NCBI GenBank assembly: GCA_001938485.1
Contig: MQRK01232961.1
Coordinates: 1-64,000 of the forward strand
Source of the DNA: Girardia tigrina
Lineage: Eukaryota
Reading direction: 5' to 3'
Length of the DNA: 64,000 bases
The notes under the pieces were generated by a model. That model worked only from the letters and a program-made list of their open reading frames with translations. It was not told the origin of the DNA and did not search any database. Position 1 is the first letter of the stretch. Each line of letters starts with the position of its first letter. Both the position numbers and the translations under genes were made by a program. Of this stretch, positions 40,216 through 52,350 are shown piece by piece.

Positions 40216-40469
40216 TGTAAGATTTATAAGTATGATAATATTTATAATAAACGGTTAAAAATAGAAATACTAAAAATATCGTCAAATAAAAACAGTTGTT
40301 TAAATAAAAAGAAATTTTGTGGAAAATTCAAAAATTGTAATTTAATAAATTATTTTAATCCAGTCGTATTTGTTCGTTATTTAACTTCGGAAGAAACTGG
40401 AGACATTTATACGACCAATGTCGTTCATATTACTAATGTCTATTATTATTCCTATTATTATTAATAACA
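40216..40469 (+). repeat. 5' LTR
   Basis: tgtaagatttataag...taataaca; the core is near-identical to the 3' LTR. Confidence 0.9.
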
Positions 40470-40483
40470 TGACGACCATGACC
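40470..40483 (+). promoter_or_regulatory. Primer binding site (decayed TGGCGACC type, tRNA-Arg-like)
   Basis: tgacgaccatgacc lies immediately after the 5' LTR and resembles the TGGCGACCGTGAC PBS of 412/mdg1-type gypsies. Confidence 0.55.
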
Positions 40484-43400
40484 TCGGAAATACTCCTGGT
40501 CACAGCAATTCCAGACCGGTATACAAAAGGCAATGACGTGGAATTATTCATCACCAAATGCAAGCGATTCTTTGAGCTAACGAACATCAGAGAGAGCATG
40601 AAAGCTATCATTGTAAAGACTCTATTGGACAACGAATCAATTAAAATATACGAAGAAGTCGACATCAGTATAAAAAATTTCGATGAAAAATTGCGGAAAG
40701 CGTTTTCGCAAACTTCGAGATTTGAAGATATGGTGGAAATATTAAATTATCGACGGGGATCAGAACCTTTAGAAAATTACTTCAAAAATATCAAAAAATT
40801 TGCAGCAAAATTGGCGTCATACAAATGGAATGAAGTAGAACTGGAGAAAGAAATCCTGCAACATTGTCTGGACGATAAAGAAATTAAAAAAAAGAAGTTG
40901 AAATGCGCGTTAAAAAGAAATGGAAGATATCAAAGAAACAATGAAAAAATGGATACGATCTAAATGAAATACGACAAAATCAAAGCGATGGGTGAAAATA
41001 AGACGGGGAAAACGAAATAAACGGAAGAATACTGACCGTATGCCAGACGCACATAGAGCAATGTACTTCAGAGTCACCCACCAAATAAGAGGCAACCACC
41101 CAAAACCGGTCATTTAACGCGGCAAAGTCTGAGAAAAACAAGACAATGCTGGACTTGCAATTCAACCGGCCACTTGAGCAAAGATTGCCATACACGGAAG
41201 ACTCAAGTTTGCTACGGATGCGGAAGGACCGATCATATTTGACGAAATTGTTTAATCAAGTGCTCAAGGTGTGAAATAAATAGCTACAATGCGAATGACT
41301 GCTACACAAACCCGACAAAAAGGCGTGAAACTCTACGGTACAGAGAATCAGAGTTGAACAGCCGGCCGATATATTCGAACAGATATCGAGAAAGAATTTC
41401 ACAGGTGACCCGAATCGTCACAGACAGAATGAGGAAATGTACAACAGTGGAAGACGATATCCGGAAACTGATTACAAGAGAGGACTCAGGAGAGGAAAAG
41501 AAATTGCTTTGATCGAGATGGAGGAAGCTTGAAACGACGATTGCGATACTGATAGCCAAAACAGTAACGGCCCGACTAGAGAAGAGTCAATCGGAGCCAT
41601 GCAGTAGGTAATTCTATGTGTAACCATTCATGTATCAGTAGTATATTTTATACTTATAATAAAGTATAACGATAGTATAATAATATAGCTGGTAGTACAA
41701 TATTCAAGTATAATAAAAGTAATTTTGTAAATAATTTTAATAAAGATTATAATGACTTATGTAATAATATTAATCATAATGTGAATATGAAAAACGACAT
41801 AGGACCGATGAAAGACTGCAACGATAAGGATTTACAGAAGAAAGAAACAAGTCAGGCAGAAATTAAAATTGTTAATTTTTTTTAAATAAAGAGAGACAAA
41901 CGGAATCTGCGAAATCAGGAATACGACAACAAATAAAACACTGGAAACTAGGACCACGGAGATCATATCGTACGACAAAATGCAAGACAGACCGAGATTA
42001 AATGTGAACATTCACGGCATGTATGTGGATTGTTTATTGGATACAGGTGCGAGAGTCAATGTCATGAGTCCGGACATAGCAAACCACATACCGGGTGCAA
42101 AGATAGAACCTTCAAACGACAAGTTGAGATGTGCAAACGACAGCAAATTAGAAGTGTCGATCGGCAAAAGAGAAGCGAAAATCATATTTGTGGTTGTAAA
42201 GAATATAAGCCCAGCAGTGATCGCTGGAATTTATATGCAGAGACAACTAGGTATCGAATTACAATGATTGACATAACACTTGACAAACCAGAGGAGTTTA
42301 TTTGCGACATTGAGGCAAAATTTGGACAAAGAATAACGAATGAGGACAGTATGGAAAAAATAAGGATGACTATAGACCTGAACAAATCTCCTCGATTGAT
42401 GGATATAATTTCCAGAAACAGGGGTGTTTTCATGGCGAATAAATGGGATATACAAAGCTAATAACTCATAAGATTGTTAACAAAGGTGAACCCATAAATA
42501 TGAAACCTCGGAGACAGCCGATGCATTGATACGGTAAAATAAAAGAAACAATCAAGAACCTGTTCGACAATGGAATCATTCGGAAGTATAAATCCCCTTG
42601 AAATACACCATTAGTATGCGTGTGGAAGAAAGAAAGTGCAGATGTGAGATTATGTTTAGACTTCCGACAGCTAAATCAAATTACTGAAAGACAAGCCTTT
42701 CCCATGCCAAATGCGGAAGAGATGATGGATACCTTACACGGGACAAAGTATTTCCATACGATAGACTTGGGTAACGCATTTTATCAGATCGAACTAGACC
42801 CGGAGTTACAAGAAAAAACAGCCTTTTCGACAAAATCGGGCCAATTTTGTTTCACAAGATTGCCATTTGGAATATCGGCGGCCCCCGGTACATATCAAGA
42901 AGTTATGTCGAAAATACTCGCCACTTTAAAGAGTGGGGCATCAATATACTTACATGACATCATAGTGGCAACCGAGACGTTAGATGAACACTATGCAGTC
43001 CTAGAAGAAGTTATCAAGAGAGTGGGCGACGCGAGACTCCGTTTGAACCCAGAGAAGTTAAAATTCCTGAGAAAAGAAGTCAGATATCTAGGAAATATAA
43101 TTTATATATATGAAATACAGACAGATCCAAGCAAAATAGACGCTATCAGACCGCTCACCAGACCTAAATGCATGAAGAGTATTCGAAATTTTCTTGGAAT
43201 CTGTAGTTACTACAGATGATTTATTAAAGACTATGCAAGATAATCCAGAGCCCTGGAAAGTATGTGTGGGAATAATCAGGCGAACTAGTCTGGACAGATG
43301 CCTGTAAGACAGCTGTTGACGAAATGCAGAAAGCTTTAATGGAAGCCCCGATACTGACGTTCCCAGATTTTAAGAAATAATTCATATTAGACACTGACGC

Positions 43401-44918
43401 CACCTTTGATACAATTGGGGCGGTACTGTCTCAAACAGATGTTTTAGGACGGGAATTCGTTATCGCGTACGGGTAAAAAACGATGAATAGCCATGATAAA
43501 GGAAATTGCATAACCAGAAAAGAACTTCTGACTGTATACTATTTTTGTAATCATTTCAAGCATTATCTGTACGGAAAACGATTCGTCGGACCACAAGGAC
43601 AGACCACAAGGCCATAACGTTTATGATGAATAAAAGGAAACCAATCACGGCACAGTTTCAGACTTGACACAACTATTTCAGCAGTTTAGACATTGACATG
43701 CATTTCAGGAAAGGTTCACAACACGAGAAAGCAGACATGTTGTCAAGAAAAGATTGTGGTATGTGTACACAATGTTTGATGGAGCATGAAGACGCCAAGA
43801 AACACAAAATGAAAACACGGATATTAACGATGTCTCCATTAAAAAAGTATCTCATACTGGCAGGAAAATGACAAGGATATCGAGAAAATTAAGAAGTCAG
43901 AAGACGGGGGACGGTTTACCGTCAAGGATGGAACAGTCTATACGGAAGACGGAAATATACCAGATAACAAAAGAACAGAATTTATTACATACATCCATAA
44001 ATTATTATGTCATGCAGGTGCGGAAAAAACTGACAAATACATCAAGAACAATTTTGACATGAATACAATGGGGAAAACCGTAAAATATACGATTGAAGGC
44101 TATATTTCATGCCAACAGACAAAAACACTGACAACATCAACGAAAGAAGAAACAGTAAAGATACAGACAGATGAACCATTCGAGAAAATTTTCATTGATA
44201 TCTGCGGGCCTTTTAGAGAAACTTTAAAAAATGAAAAATATATTAATGCTATTATTGATCACTTCAGTAAATACATAGTTCTGACGCCTTGTGCAACGCA
44301 AGAAGAAGCCACGCTTGTAAACATCATCAATAAGAACTGGATTATGAAATTTGGCTCACCTTAAGAAATACATGTGGATTGTGGAAAAAGCTTCATATCT
44401 AAGAAGATGGCAGACCTAGCGGAAGAAGTAGGTATCACCTTAATATTTTCCAGCACACACCACCACAATACTAACAGAATCATAAAAAAGGCAATTCAGA
44501 ATGATACGGGATATATAAATGCTTCGATAAAAGACAGAGACAAAACAAATTGGGCTACATTGCTTCCTGAAAAAGAATTTAGTTTGAACGCCACAGTACA
44601 GAAAACGACAGGTTTCAGTCCCACTGAAGTAGTATTTGGAAGGCAGATTAACCGTTCGGGTTGGTTACCAATGAACAAGATGCCACCGGCTGATATTATA
44701 AAAAAATTAGATGGAAACAAACAAAGAGCACTGAAATAACACGACGTCATTTTCAGATAGAGAAGGGTGGTTGGATAAAGAAAGAGATTCGAGAAAAGCA
44801 CCAAAACAAGTACGAAGGTCCATATACAATTATAGACCAAATCCACGATAGGAGCTACATAATTCCTAACTCCGACAACTAAGTAGCCACTGGTAAAGTT
44901 TGAGAAATTAAAAATCTT

Positions 44919-44931
44919 AAAAAAGGGGGGA
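44919..44931 (+). promoter_or_regulatory. Polypurine tract
   Basis: aaaaaagggggga directly before the 3' LTR. Confidence 0.9.
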
Positions 44932-45222
44932 TGTAAGATTTATAAGAATAATTTATTAGATATTTTAATTCTCAACATTTAAATAATTATTATTGTTATT
45001 AAATATCTATATCTATATCCACATCTATATTTATAATAAACGGTTAAAAATAGAAATACTTAAAATATCGTCAAATAAAAACAGTTGTTTAAATAAACAG
45101 AAATTTTGTGGAAAATTCAAAAATTGTAATTTAATAAATTATTTTAATCTAGTCGTATTTTTTCGTAATTTAAATGTCGAAAGAAACAGGAGACATTTAT
45201 ACGACCAATGTCATTCCTAACA
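44932..45222 (+). repeat. 3' LTR
   Basis: tgtaagatttataag...cctaaca, followed by TSD acgat. Confidence 0.92.
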
Positions 45223-46127
45223 ACGATAAAGCAAAACGTTAATCATATTCATTTTATATCTAGACTCAAAAACTGTCTGATGATGCATATAAACCAGTAT
45301 TTCTTTACGATAAATTTGTCTCAAAATTTTCGGATTTTCTATCAATAATTAAATTTAGAAACGGTAATTTTTAATTTATTTCTTCCTCCACAACAGACAC
45401 CAGAAAAAACGTTATCAACATATCTTTTATAAAACAGAGACTTAATACCTGAATACGAATCTATTTTACTTTCAATATATTTTGAAGTGGTGTGGTTTTT
45501 ATTTTTTTTAAAAACTGCCATGGTTTTTTATATTTATTTACAATTTGTGTTTATATCACATTATATTTAAGTAAAAAGATTTTGTCCTAAATAAGATGTT
45601 CATCGAAAATTCGTTTAAAAACACATATTTTGCATTGAATTAAAATTTTGGTATTATGACATCTCAGTTTGAAGTCAAATCTTGATATCGGTTTGAAGGA
45701 CCACAGCGAACCTAACAACCATCTTTCACAATTTGTCTCGTGTTATAATATTTATCTTTTTAACATAAATACGTTTTGGAATTCTAAGAAATTTTATACT
45801 TGTAAATTTTAACGTGAAATTTTACAAAACTTTTTCAATATTCGAATGAAAATATTTGGTTAATAATTATTATTATAATAATTTAATCATAATAACCAGT
45901 CTAAAGTAAAAGATTTTAGCAATTAGTTTTCAAAAATAAAACTATTTGAATAAAAATGTTGAATAAAAAAATAAAATTTTTAATAAATTTTAATAATATA
46001 CTTTGAAATAGATATTAAGTGGTCTTTCGCCTGAAGCAAAGAAAAATCTGTAAAGAAATCATTACTNNNNNNNNNNNNNNNNNNNNNNNNNNNNNNNNNN
46101 NNNNNNNNNNNNNNNNNNNNNNTATAA

Positions 46128-46175
<48 letters not shown>

Positions 46176-47125
46176 TTTTATAAAACACTTCTGATTTAAA
46201 TTCCCTACATAAAATTGTTTTGACAAAATATGAAAGTCCCTCATAGTTTATAATCAAGGTTTAGATTCCATTAATAAATAAATTCTTTTGAGTTAATATT
46301 ATTTTCTTCATAATTCCTTTGGATGGGTACTAAAGAATCTCACAACCTGCTTCCCTTAACTCTTAATTATAAATATGATATATTCAGTCATATTATTTTT
46401 TTTAAATAATCACTTTTAACAATTTTGTTAGAAATATTTAAAGGATTTTGAATTACAGATTTTCTTTAAATGTTTAGGTTAGGTGTAATAGGAAACGTGT
46501 CGCACTTTCAACATTTATTGTAAAAAATTTAGTTTAAGAATCAGTGTAAAAGTTTCCACTTCAGACATTTCTGTGTTCACTTAAATACTGTTGGTATTAA
46601 ATATGTTTTGATATATGTTGATATTATTTTAAAACTTGTAACATTTAAAGAAAAATTATTTTATAAATTTTTACGCTTTTTTGTGTCAGAACGTTTGTGA
46701 ATGTTTATTTTAATGTATTTATACTTATTTAACTTTTACATTCCTACAAATTAATAAATAACCTTTTTCATTTTTATAATGATTTACACATTTTTTTAAG
46801 TTTAAAGGAACTAAATATATTGTCAATTATAAGGAAAATAATATAAAAGCAAAATAAAATTAAACTTCTTCTTCATGTTAAAAAAAATTAAATCATGCAC
46901 GTTTGAAACGTGCTTACTTAGATAAGTATGAAAAATATAAAAGTCAGTCTATCATTTTTGTTTTCACTTATTTATATAATTTTATTATTTTTATTTAGGA
47001 AATGTTTTGGTACAATTTTGAAAAAAGCATAGATTATTTAAAAATATATTTCAAAAAAATTATTATTACAATAATAATAACTCTTACATTGATAATATTA
47101 AAAGACGGTATAAAATATAACTAAC

Positions 47126-47333
47126 CAATGCAATTCGTATCTGTTGGGAGAATACATTGATTGAGATCAAAGCTTCCAAATGGGCATTGTTGACAAACTG
47201 AATATAAATCACTTAAATCTAGTTTTTTTGAAAGATTTTCCAAAGATATTTCTGTTAGAAATGATAAAATAAAATAAAATTCGAAGAGTTTTCGAGTAGA
47301 GTTTTTATTAATTATAGCAGACATCATAATCAT
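47126..47333 (-). CDS. First exon of a putative secreted/receptor protein with a TNFR-type Cys repeat
   Basis: Hydrophobic N-terminal stretch (LFEFYFILSFL), then CQQCPFGSFDLNQCILPTDTNC (CxxCxxGx5Cx4DTxC). It ends at a phase-1 donor G|gttagt. Confidence 0.6.
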
Positions 47334-48339
47334 TTTGATTCAAATAAATTCGATTGTGAAAATATTCGCAAATAAAAGTTAAAAGTTTTTATAATAAGTC
47401 ACATCTCAAAATTATTAAAAAAATGTCAAGAAATAATTATTTTTAAAATTTACCGAAAATGAACCAATAAAATTTTGATTAGCCATTTATAATATTATCA
47501 AATCAAAATGAAGAATAATAAATAATATTAAAAAATACTAGATAATATAATGTATACAAATAATGATAAAAATAAATAAATTCAAATATTAAAGAATTGT
47601 GAAAGAAAATATAAATTAATTTTTTTTTAAATTTTGTTTATCCAATTAACATTTTTATCAAATATTTTTTTCTAATTATTTTATTTGTTTTTTTATTTGA
47701 AAAAAAGGATGACTTAATGATTATTACTTATAATAAAATTATCCACTAATATTAGATATGCTGAAAATCATTTAATACTTAATAGAACAAAAATTTATCA
47801 CAAAATAAATGATTAGAAAATCTGAAAATTATTATTAAATCATATCTTATATTATTGTATTTATAATTTTATATCTCTTTTATGCAAATAAAAATTTTCT
47901 GTTTTTATATGTATTTTACATTTGGATATATTGCTAATGAAATACGTTTCCAATTATCTCAGAAAAAAAGACAAATCTTCTTAAAGATATAGCAGGAATC
48001 GTTATTTCAAAATTAAATATTTTAGAACCAGTTCCGATTTTGATGCAAATTATGTTTTAGAATTAAAAAAGTGTTCATGATGAAATAAAAACTTAATCTT
48101 AATTTTATTTCTGAACCTGATAAAACTAAAGTTTGTACAAAGTAATGTCATTTGCAAGTGAAAAAAGATTAAATTAAAATTTCTAACCCCCAAAAAGAAT
48201 TATTAATATAATGAGAACAATTGAAAATAAAATTTAAATACGAAATCTATAAAAAATAAGTTTTGAAATGAAAGTTTAAATAAATTTGAAAAAATTGAAA
48301 TTTTTTTTAAAATTAAAATTAATAAGCTAATTAAATTAT

Positions 48340-48860
48340 TTAAAATTGTTTATTAATTTCGACGGAATAATCGTAATCTTCAGAACAACTGGTTTTTTTA
48401 AAAAAGAAATGTACTTATATACTGCCGAAATGATTATACGTCATTAATATATCATTTAAAAACCCTCAATAAAGTTGTCGATAGTGCATTTTGAATGGTT
48501 ATTTTATGATCCAAAATTTATATATAACGCTTTACATAATTTTTCAAATGAATGCACAGAATTTTAAAATTATGGGTATTTATGTCCCCTTTACAATGTC
48601 TACTATGTACATTTACTTCCACTTTTCTAACGATTGTGTTCATGGATTCTCTTACAGTGATGACAGTCTCTCCAATTTATGTGGTATTACATGCATTATA
48701 TATATTTTGGTAAATGAGGTCCGAACACAATCCTAGTGGTGTTGGAGATTTATTGCTAAACATACTTTAAAATTTTTTGATACGGGAAATTATTTTTAAA
48801 TTCTTTTAAAAGTAATATTGCTGGGCTTGCTAAATATACTATAGGGGAAAAATAAATTAA
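48340..48860 (-). mobile_element. PLE 3' fragment (GIY-YIG plus pLTR)
   Basis: PLGLCSDLIY...ACNTT*IGET...HNFKILC...KITIQNALSTTLLRVFK*, followed by a pLTR. Confidence 0.8.
48346..48388 (-). ncRNA. Minimal type I hammerhead ribozyme, stem II partly decayed
   Basis: ttgtt-CTGAAGA-t-tacgattattccgtc-GAAA-ttaa-TA-aacaa: intact core, 5-bp stem I and palindromic stem III. Confidence 0.7.
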
Positions 48861-48864
48861 GTTA

Positions 48865-49000
48865 TATTAAATTGATGACGTATCGATTACATAACCATTA
48901 TCGACAGTATATAAATCAATTTCTTTTTTTAAAAATCGGTTGTTCTGAAGATAAAGGTTAATCCTTCAAAGTTAATAAACAGTTTCAAACATTTTAATTG
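48865..49000 (+). repeat. Inverted pLTR with degenerate hammerhead (48941-48981)
   Basis: Matches the reverse complement of 48346-48450: tgtt-CTGAAGA-t-aaagg-ttaat-ccttc-aaag-ttaa-ta-aaca, with the GAAA box mutated. Confidence 0.65.
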
Positions 49001-49899
49001 GTTTGTTAATTTTAATTAAAATTATATTTTCAGAATCACAATTTATAATCCGTAATTTTGTAATTTGTAAACTAACAATTCTTTATTTTTGTGATATCTT
49101 TCATCTTAAGATTTCTGAGTCTTCATTGAATGAAAAACATTATTATGATCTACAAAAATTTGCAAATAATGTTCTGACAATTTCTACCATTGAGATTATT
49201 AAGAACACCAATTTGACTTTTTATATTTTTATTTAAACAGCAATTTTGATTGTCCTTTAAACAATCTTTGTCAAAACTTTCGTACATTTGCATTCAAAGC
49301 AAAATTGATTAATGAATTAATTCTCATTATTTTTTAGCAAATGGGGAAATAAATATTTTGCTAAAATATTTACTCAAAACTTATTGGATAATAATTAAAA
49401 TGATAATTAATTATTTAAAAAATATTAATTTGATTTATTTATTAAATATTATTGTTCGGTTTCGTTAAAATTAGAATTTAAATAAGTTAATATTATATTT
49501 CAAAAATTTAGAATTTGTTAAATTTAGAATTTCGCTATATAAAGGATTCTAAAATAAAGTAAAATTTATGTTTTTCGTAAATTAATGTAAATTAAGTTAA
49601 AAAGTAAAGAAAAAAATAATATCTTAAATACTTAATTTAATGATAAAATTGCATATATATATTTATATCATCGTTTTATATATATATATGTAAATATTTG
49701 AAATTTGGTTTTGTTTAAAACGTTGAAATTATATGCGGTAACTCCGCTAATTGTCAGAAATATTTAATAATCAATAAAATTAATTATATGCTTTTTTGAT
49801 GCTTTATGAGTTGAATTTGGATATGAACGTTTTCATTGAAAAACTGGTAAATTGGAAAAATGAGTCGAATGAAACCGATATGGAAATGAAATTGACAGA

Positions 49900-50240
49900 T
49901 ATTTACTACATCAATAATAACGGTGAATATGTAGATCGAAGTCGTTTTGGACTGGAAAAGATTTGTCTATTGTTTGCCTATAAACTCAAACCTCCGAATG
50001 GTTTCTATCTGTTGCGGGGTAATCACGAAAGTCAGGACGTAACGAAAATCTACGGGTTTTATGATGAATGTAAACGTCGTTATGATATAAAATTGTGGGA
50101 AACGTTGGTCAATATGTTTAATTATCTACCGATTGCGGCGGTGATTGAAGACGAGATCTTCTGTTGTCACGGAGTTGAAAGACCGATCGATACTCCATTG
50201 GAAGGACCTCTAATTGATTTGTTGTGGTCAGAACCGANGG
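49900..50240 (+). pseudogene. PP1-like Ser/Thr phosphatase (PPP family) fragment, intronless with deletions
   Basis: [19 protein letters not shown]...FYLLRGNHE...[17 protein letters not shown]...[22 protein letters not shown]...DLLWSEP. It lacks the GDxHG motif and the C-terminus, and has a deletion after HG. Confidence 0.88.
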
Positions 50241-50309
50241 ATACGGACGTTTGTGGTGCCGAAAATGTCGGGTATATATTTATATATATTTGCATATTAT
50301 ATATATATA

Positions 50310-50716
50310 TGAATAACGATAGGAACATAAATAAAGATAATGAAATTAAAAATAATAAAATTGAGTATATCACTAATGAAAATAAGATCAATATAAATAG
50401 TAAAAATAAAAATAATGACAATAATAAAATAAACAACAACAATCAAAAAATCGAACCCACTTCCCTCCCCTTGATACCCCGCGGGAGGACGGGATGTGTT
50501 AAACGCTTCCACTGCGCTGCTGCCGCAACAATTATAAAAATTAATTAACTTATTTAAAATTTTAAAATTATTTGAAATTTAAAATAAATTTAAACATTAC
50601 ATATTTTAGATAATAAGAATTAAAATATTAATCAGCCATCTGGGTAGGAGGGACACATTTCCAAATCAACATACACATTCAAACAGAAAACATCAAACAT
50701 TCAAATATTCCTCGTA
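50310..50716 (-). mobile_element. Solo-LTR-like unit related to 22281/57510, containing a tRNA-like cassette
   Basis: The 5' part tacgaggaatatttgaatg...cct(a)cccagatgg..gattaatatttta aligns with the 22281/57510 LTR. It ends ...ttattca at a (TA)n tract. Confidence 0.55.
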
Positions 50717-50961
50717 GAGATGAACCATAATAATAGTTCATGTATATGATCTTATGTAATGAAATTATTACTTTGTTGTCAGAAAGTTTTAAAGATATGT
50801 TGACTACCGAAAAATCATAGATTTCACTATACGTCGTCTTCTGCAACACAAAAATTACTTCATAAAACTGCGATATTTGATGTCTGAAATCATCGCACCG
50901 ACGAAAATTTAAAATGTCGTAATAAAAATTTTAATGTTCTTGTTAAAATAAAACCGTTAAT

Positions 50962-51086
50962 AAAATTATTATTAAATCATATGTTATATTATTTTATTCA
51001 TAATTTTATATCTCTTTTATACAATTAAACATTTTCTGTTTTTATATGTATTTTACATTCGGATATATTGCTAATGAAATACGTTT
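50962..51086 (+). repeat. ~125-bp direct repeat (other copy ~47824-47949)
   Basis: aaaattattattaaatcatat...attttctgtttttatatgtattttacatt.ggatatattgctaatgaaatacgttt is present at both sites. Confidence 0.88.
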
Positions 51087-52154
51087 AATTTGCTATCCGA
51101 AATTACTAAGAAGGATTTAAAAAAAATTATCAATAGCGCCTTTATTTTACATATACCAATAATAATTAAATAAAAAGGGAACATTTTGGTGCAAACCTTA
51201 CGTAAGGATTTTATGCTTTAGTGCCCACTGACTACCTTCAACTAAGTCATCCCGAAAATTTACGCATAGTTTATGTGTATCATTTAAGGGAATATTGGAC
51301 AAAAAATTGGACAAAATGTCAAAAGAAGCCATAATTTGTCTATCTGAATTAACTTTCTTTTGCAGAATTTATTCTATAAATTCAAAACTGTCCTGTCATT
51401 CTAACTGGTTAATGATTAAAGTTTTAGTACTTTAATAAGTGCCTTATCAAATGTATATGGGAAACAAATATTGAAAAATGAATTCTTTCTAATGAAATAC
51501 AAAAGCAAATGTTTCAGGAAAATTTTAATGTATTTTCTATCATAAAAAAAACTAAACATTTTTAGAGGATTGTAAAACTTTGATTGTAAAATAATAAAAA
51601 ATAATAATGTTTAAATAATACTTTAATGGATTTTGATTTTGAGTTCTTTTTAATGATTTTCAGTCTTACTTAAGTGTATCAAATATTCTAAGAAACAATT
51701 TATTAAAAAAGTTAATTTTTAATAATTATTATATAGATTTCAGTGATTTCGTAAGAAAAGTGAGGGAAAATTATAGTTTAACTTCTTCCAAGATACATAA
51801 TGCTTAATATATTTATTTTTTCTAAAGAAATTTTAACAAAGACCAAATATTTTTTAATTCATATATTTTTCTTTTTTATTTCTATAATGAAAACAATTTT
51901 AAATTTCACAATCAATGAAATTTTAATTATCGACTTGAAGAGAAAATTCATTATGTTCGGATGACCACTCTTGTACTATTTTCCAAAATATAGGTTATTC
52001 AAATTTTTGAAGCAAGCAGCAAAATAAGCTCAAAATATTTTTATATAATAAAATTATTTATTAAAAACTTCAAACTTGAAAATTCCATTTATTAGTTTTA
52101 CTTTAAATAAATTATTATAAAAGATATAAAATGAAATCCGGATGACAATTTTTT

Positions 52155-52350
52155 ATTGCAAACAAAACTCATCCATTAAAAATATATTTCAAGACAATAT
52201 ATTTTGTCGGATCAACCGTCATCTTCAGGTCATTGATTAATAATTCATTCACCTGTATATAAATACAAAAAATGATGATTATACTAATTAAAAATTCTCA
52301 ATAAGCTGCTTGAGACTGCCGAATAAACATTGATTTTAGGGCAACGTCAC
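52155..52350 (+). repeat. Paralog of 33850-33934 joined to 35061-35190 (empty-site or deletion form)
   Basis: aaacaaaact.atccattaaaa...tca.tgattaataa|...cctgtatat.aa.t.caaaaa...caataagct..ttgagact.ccgaat.aacattgatttta.gg.aacgt.ac. Confidence 0.75.

Larger units (their letters stand above)
40216..45222 (+). mobile_element. Full-length Ty3/Gypsy LTR retrotransposon, inactivated by stops and frameshifts
   Basis: TG...CA LTRs (40216-40469, 44932-45222) and 5-bp TSD ACGAT. Gag with CCHC knuckles (CWTCNSTGHLSKDC), protease LLDTGA, RT (RLCLDFRQLN, LPFGISAAP, YLHDI), RNase H (FILDTDA) and integrase (PFEKIFIDICGPF, IIDHFSK, TTGFSP) occur in PR-RT-RH-IN order. Confidence 0.97.
39620..45800 (-). mobile_element. 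Decayed PLE split by the Gypsy insertion
   Basis: The right part (45228-45800) has LFYKRYVDNVF and LPFLNLIIDRK...NTGLY. The left part (39620-40215) has AYSEGFKHL...VLYQYTCNGCNVTHVGETAR...KSNIAEH. The two parts join across the ACGAT TSD. Confidence 0.8.

Noticed and set aside
45277-45300. CTGATGA hammerhead box (also at 6562 and 25460)
   Set aside because: No stem II followed by GAAA and a stem I partner; 45277 is the antisense of PLE coding sequence.
50445-50526. Functional tRNA gene
   Set aside because: No acceptor stem or complete T-arm, and no canonical anticodon arm. Reported only as tRNA-like.
49796-50548. Intact 250-aa PP1 gene with an Asn-rich tail
   Set aside because: It lacks the GDxHG motif and the C-terminus. 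The tail is read-through into (TA)n and an antisense LTR-like repeat, and spans an N.
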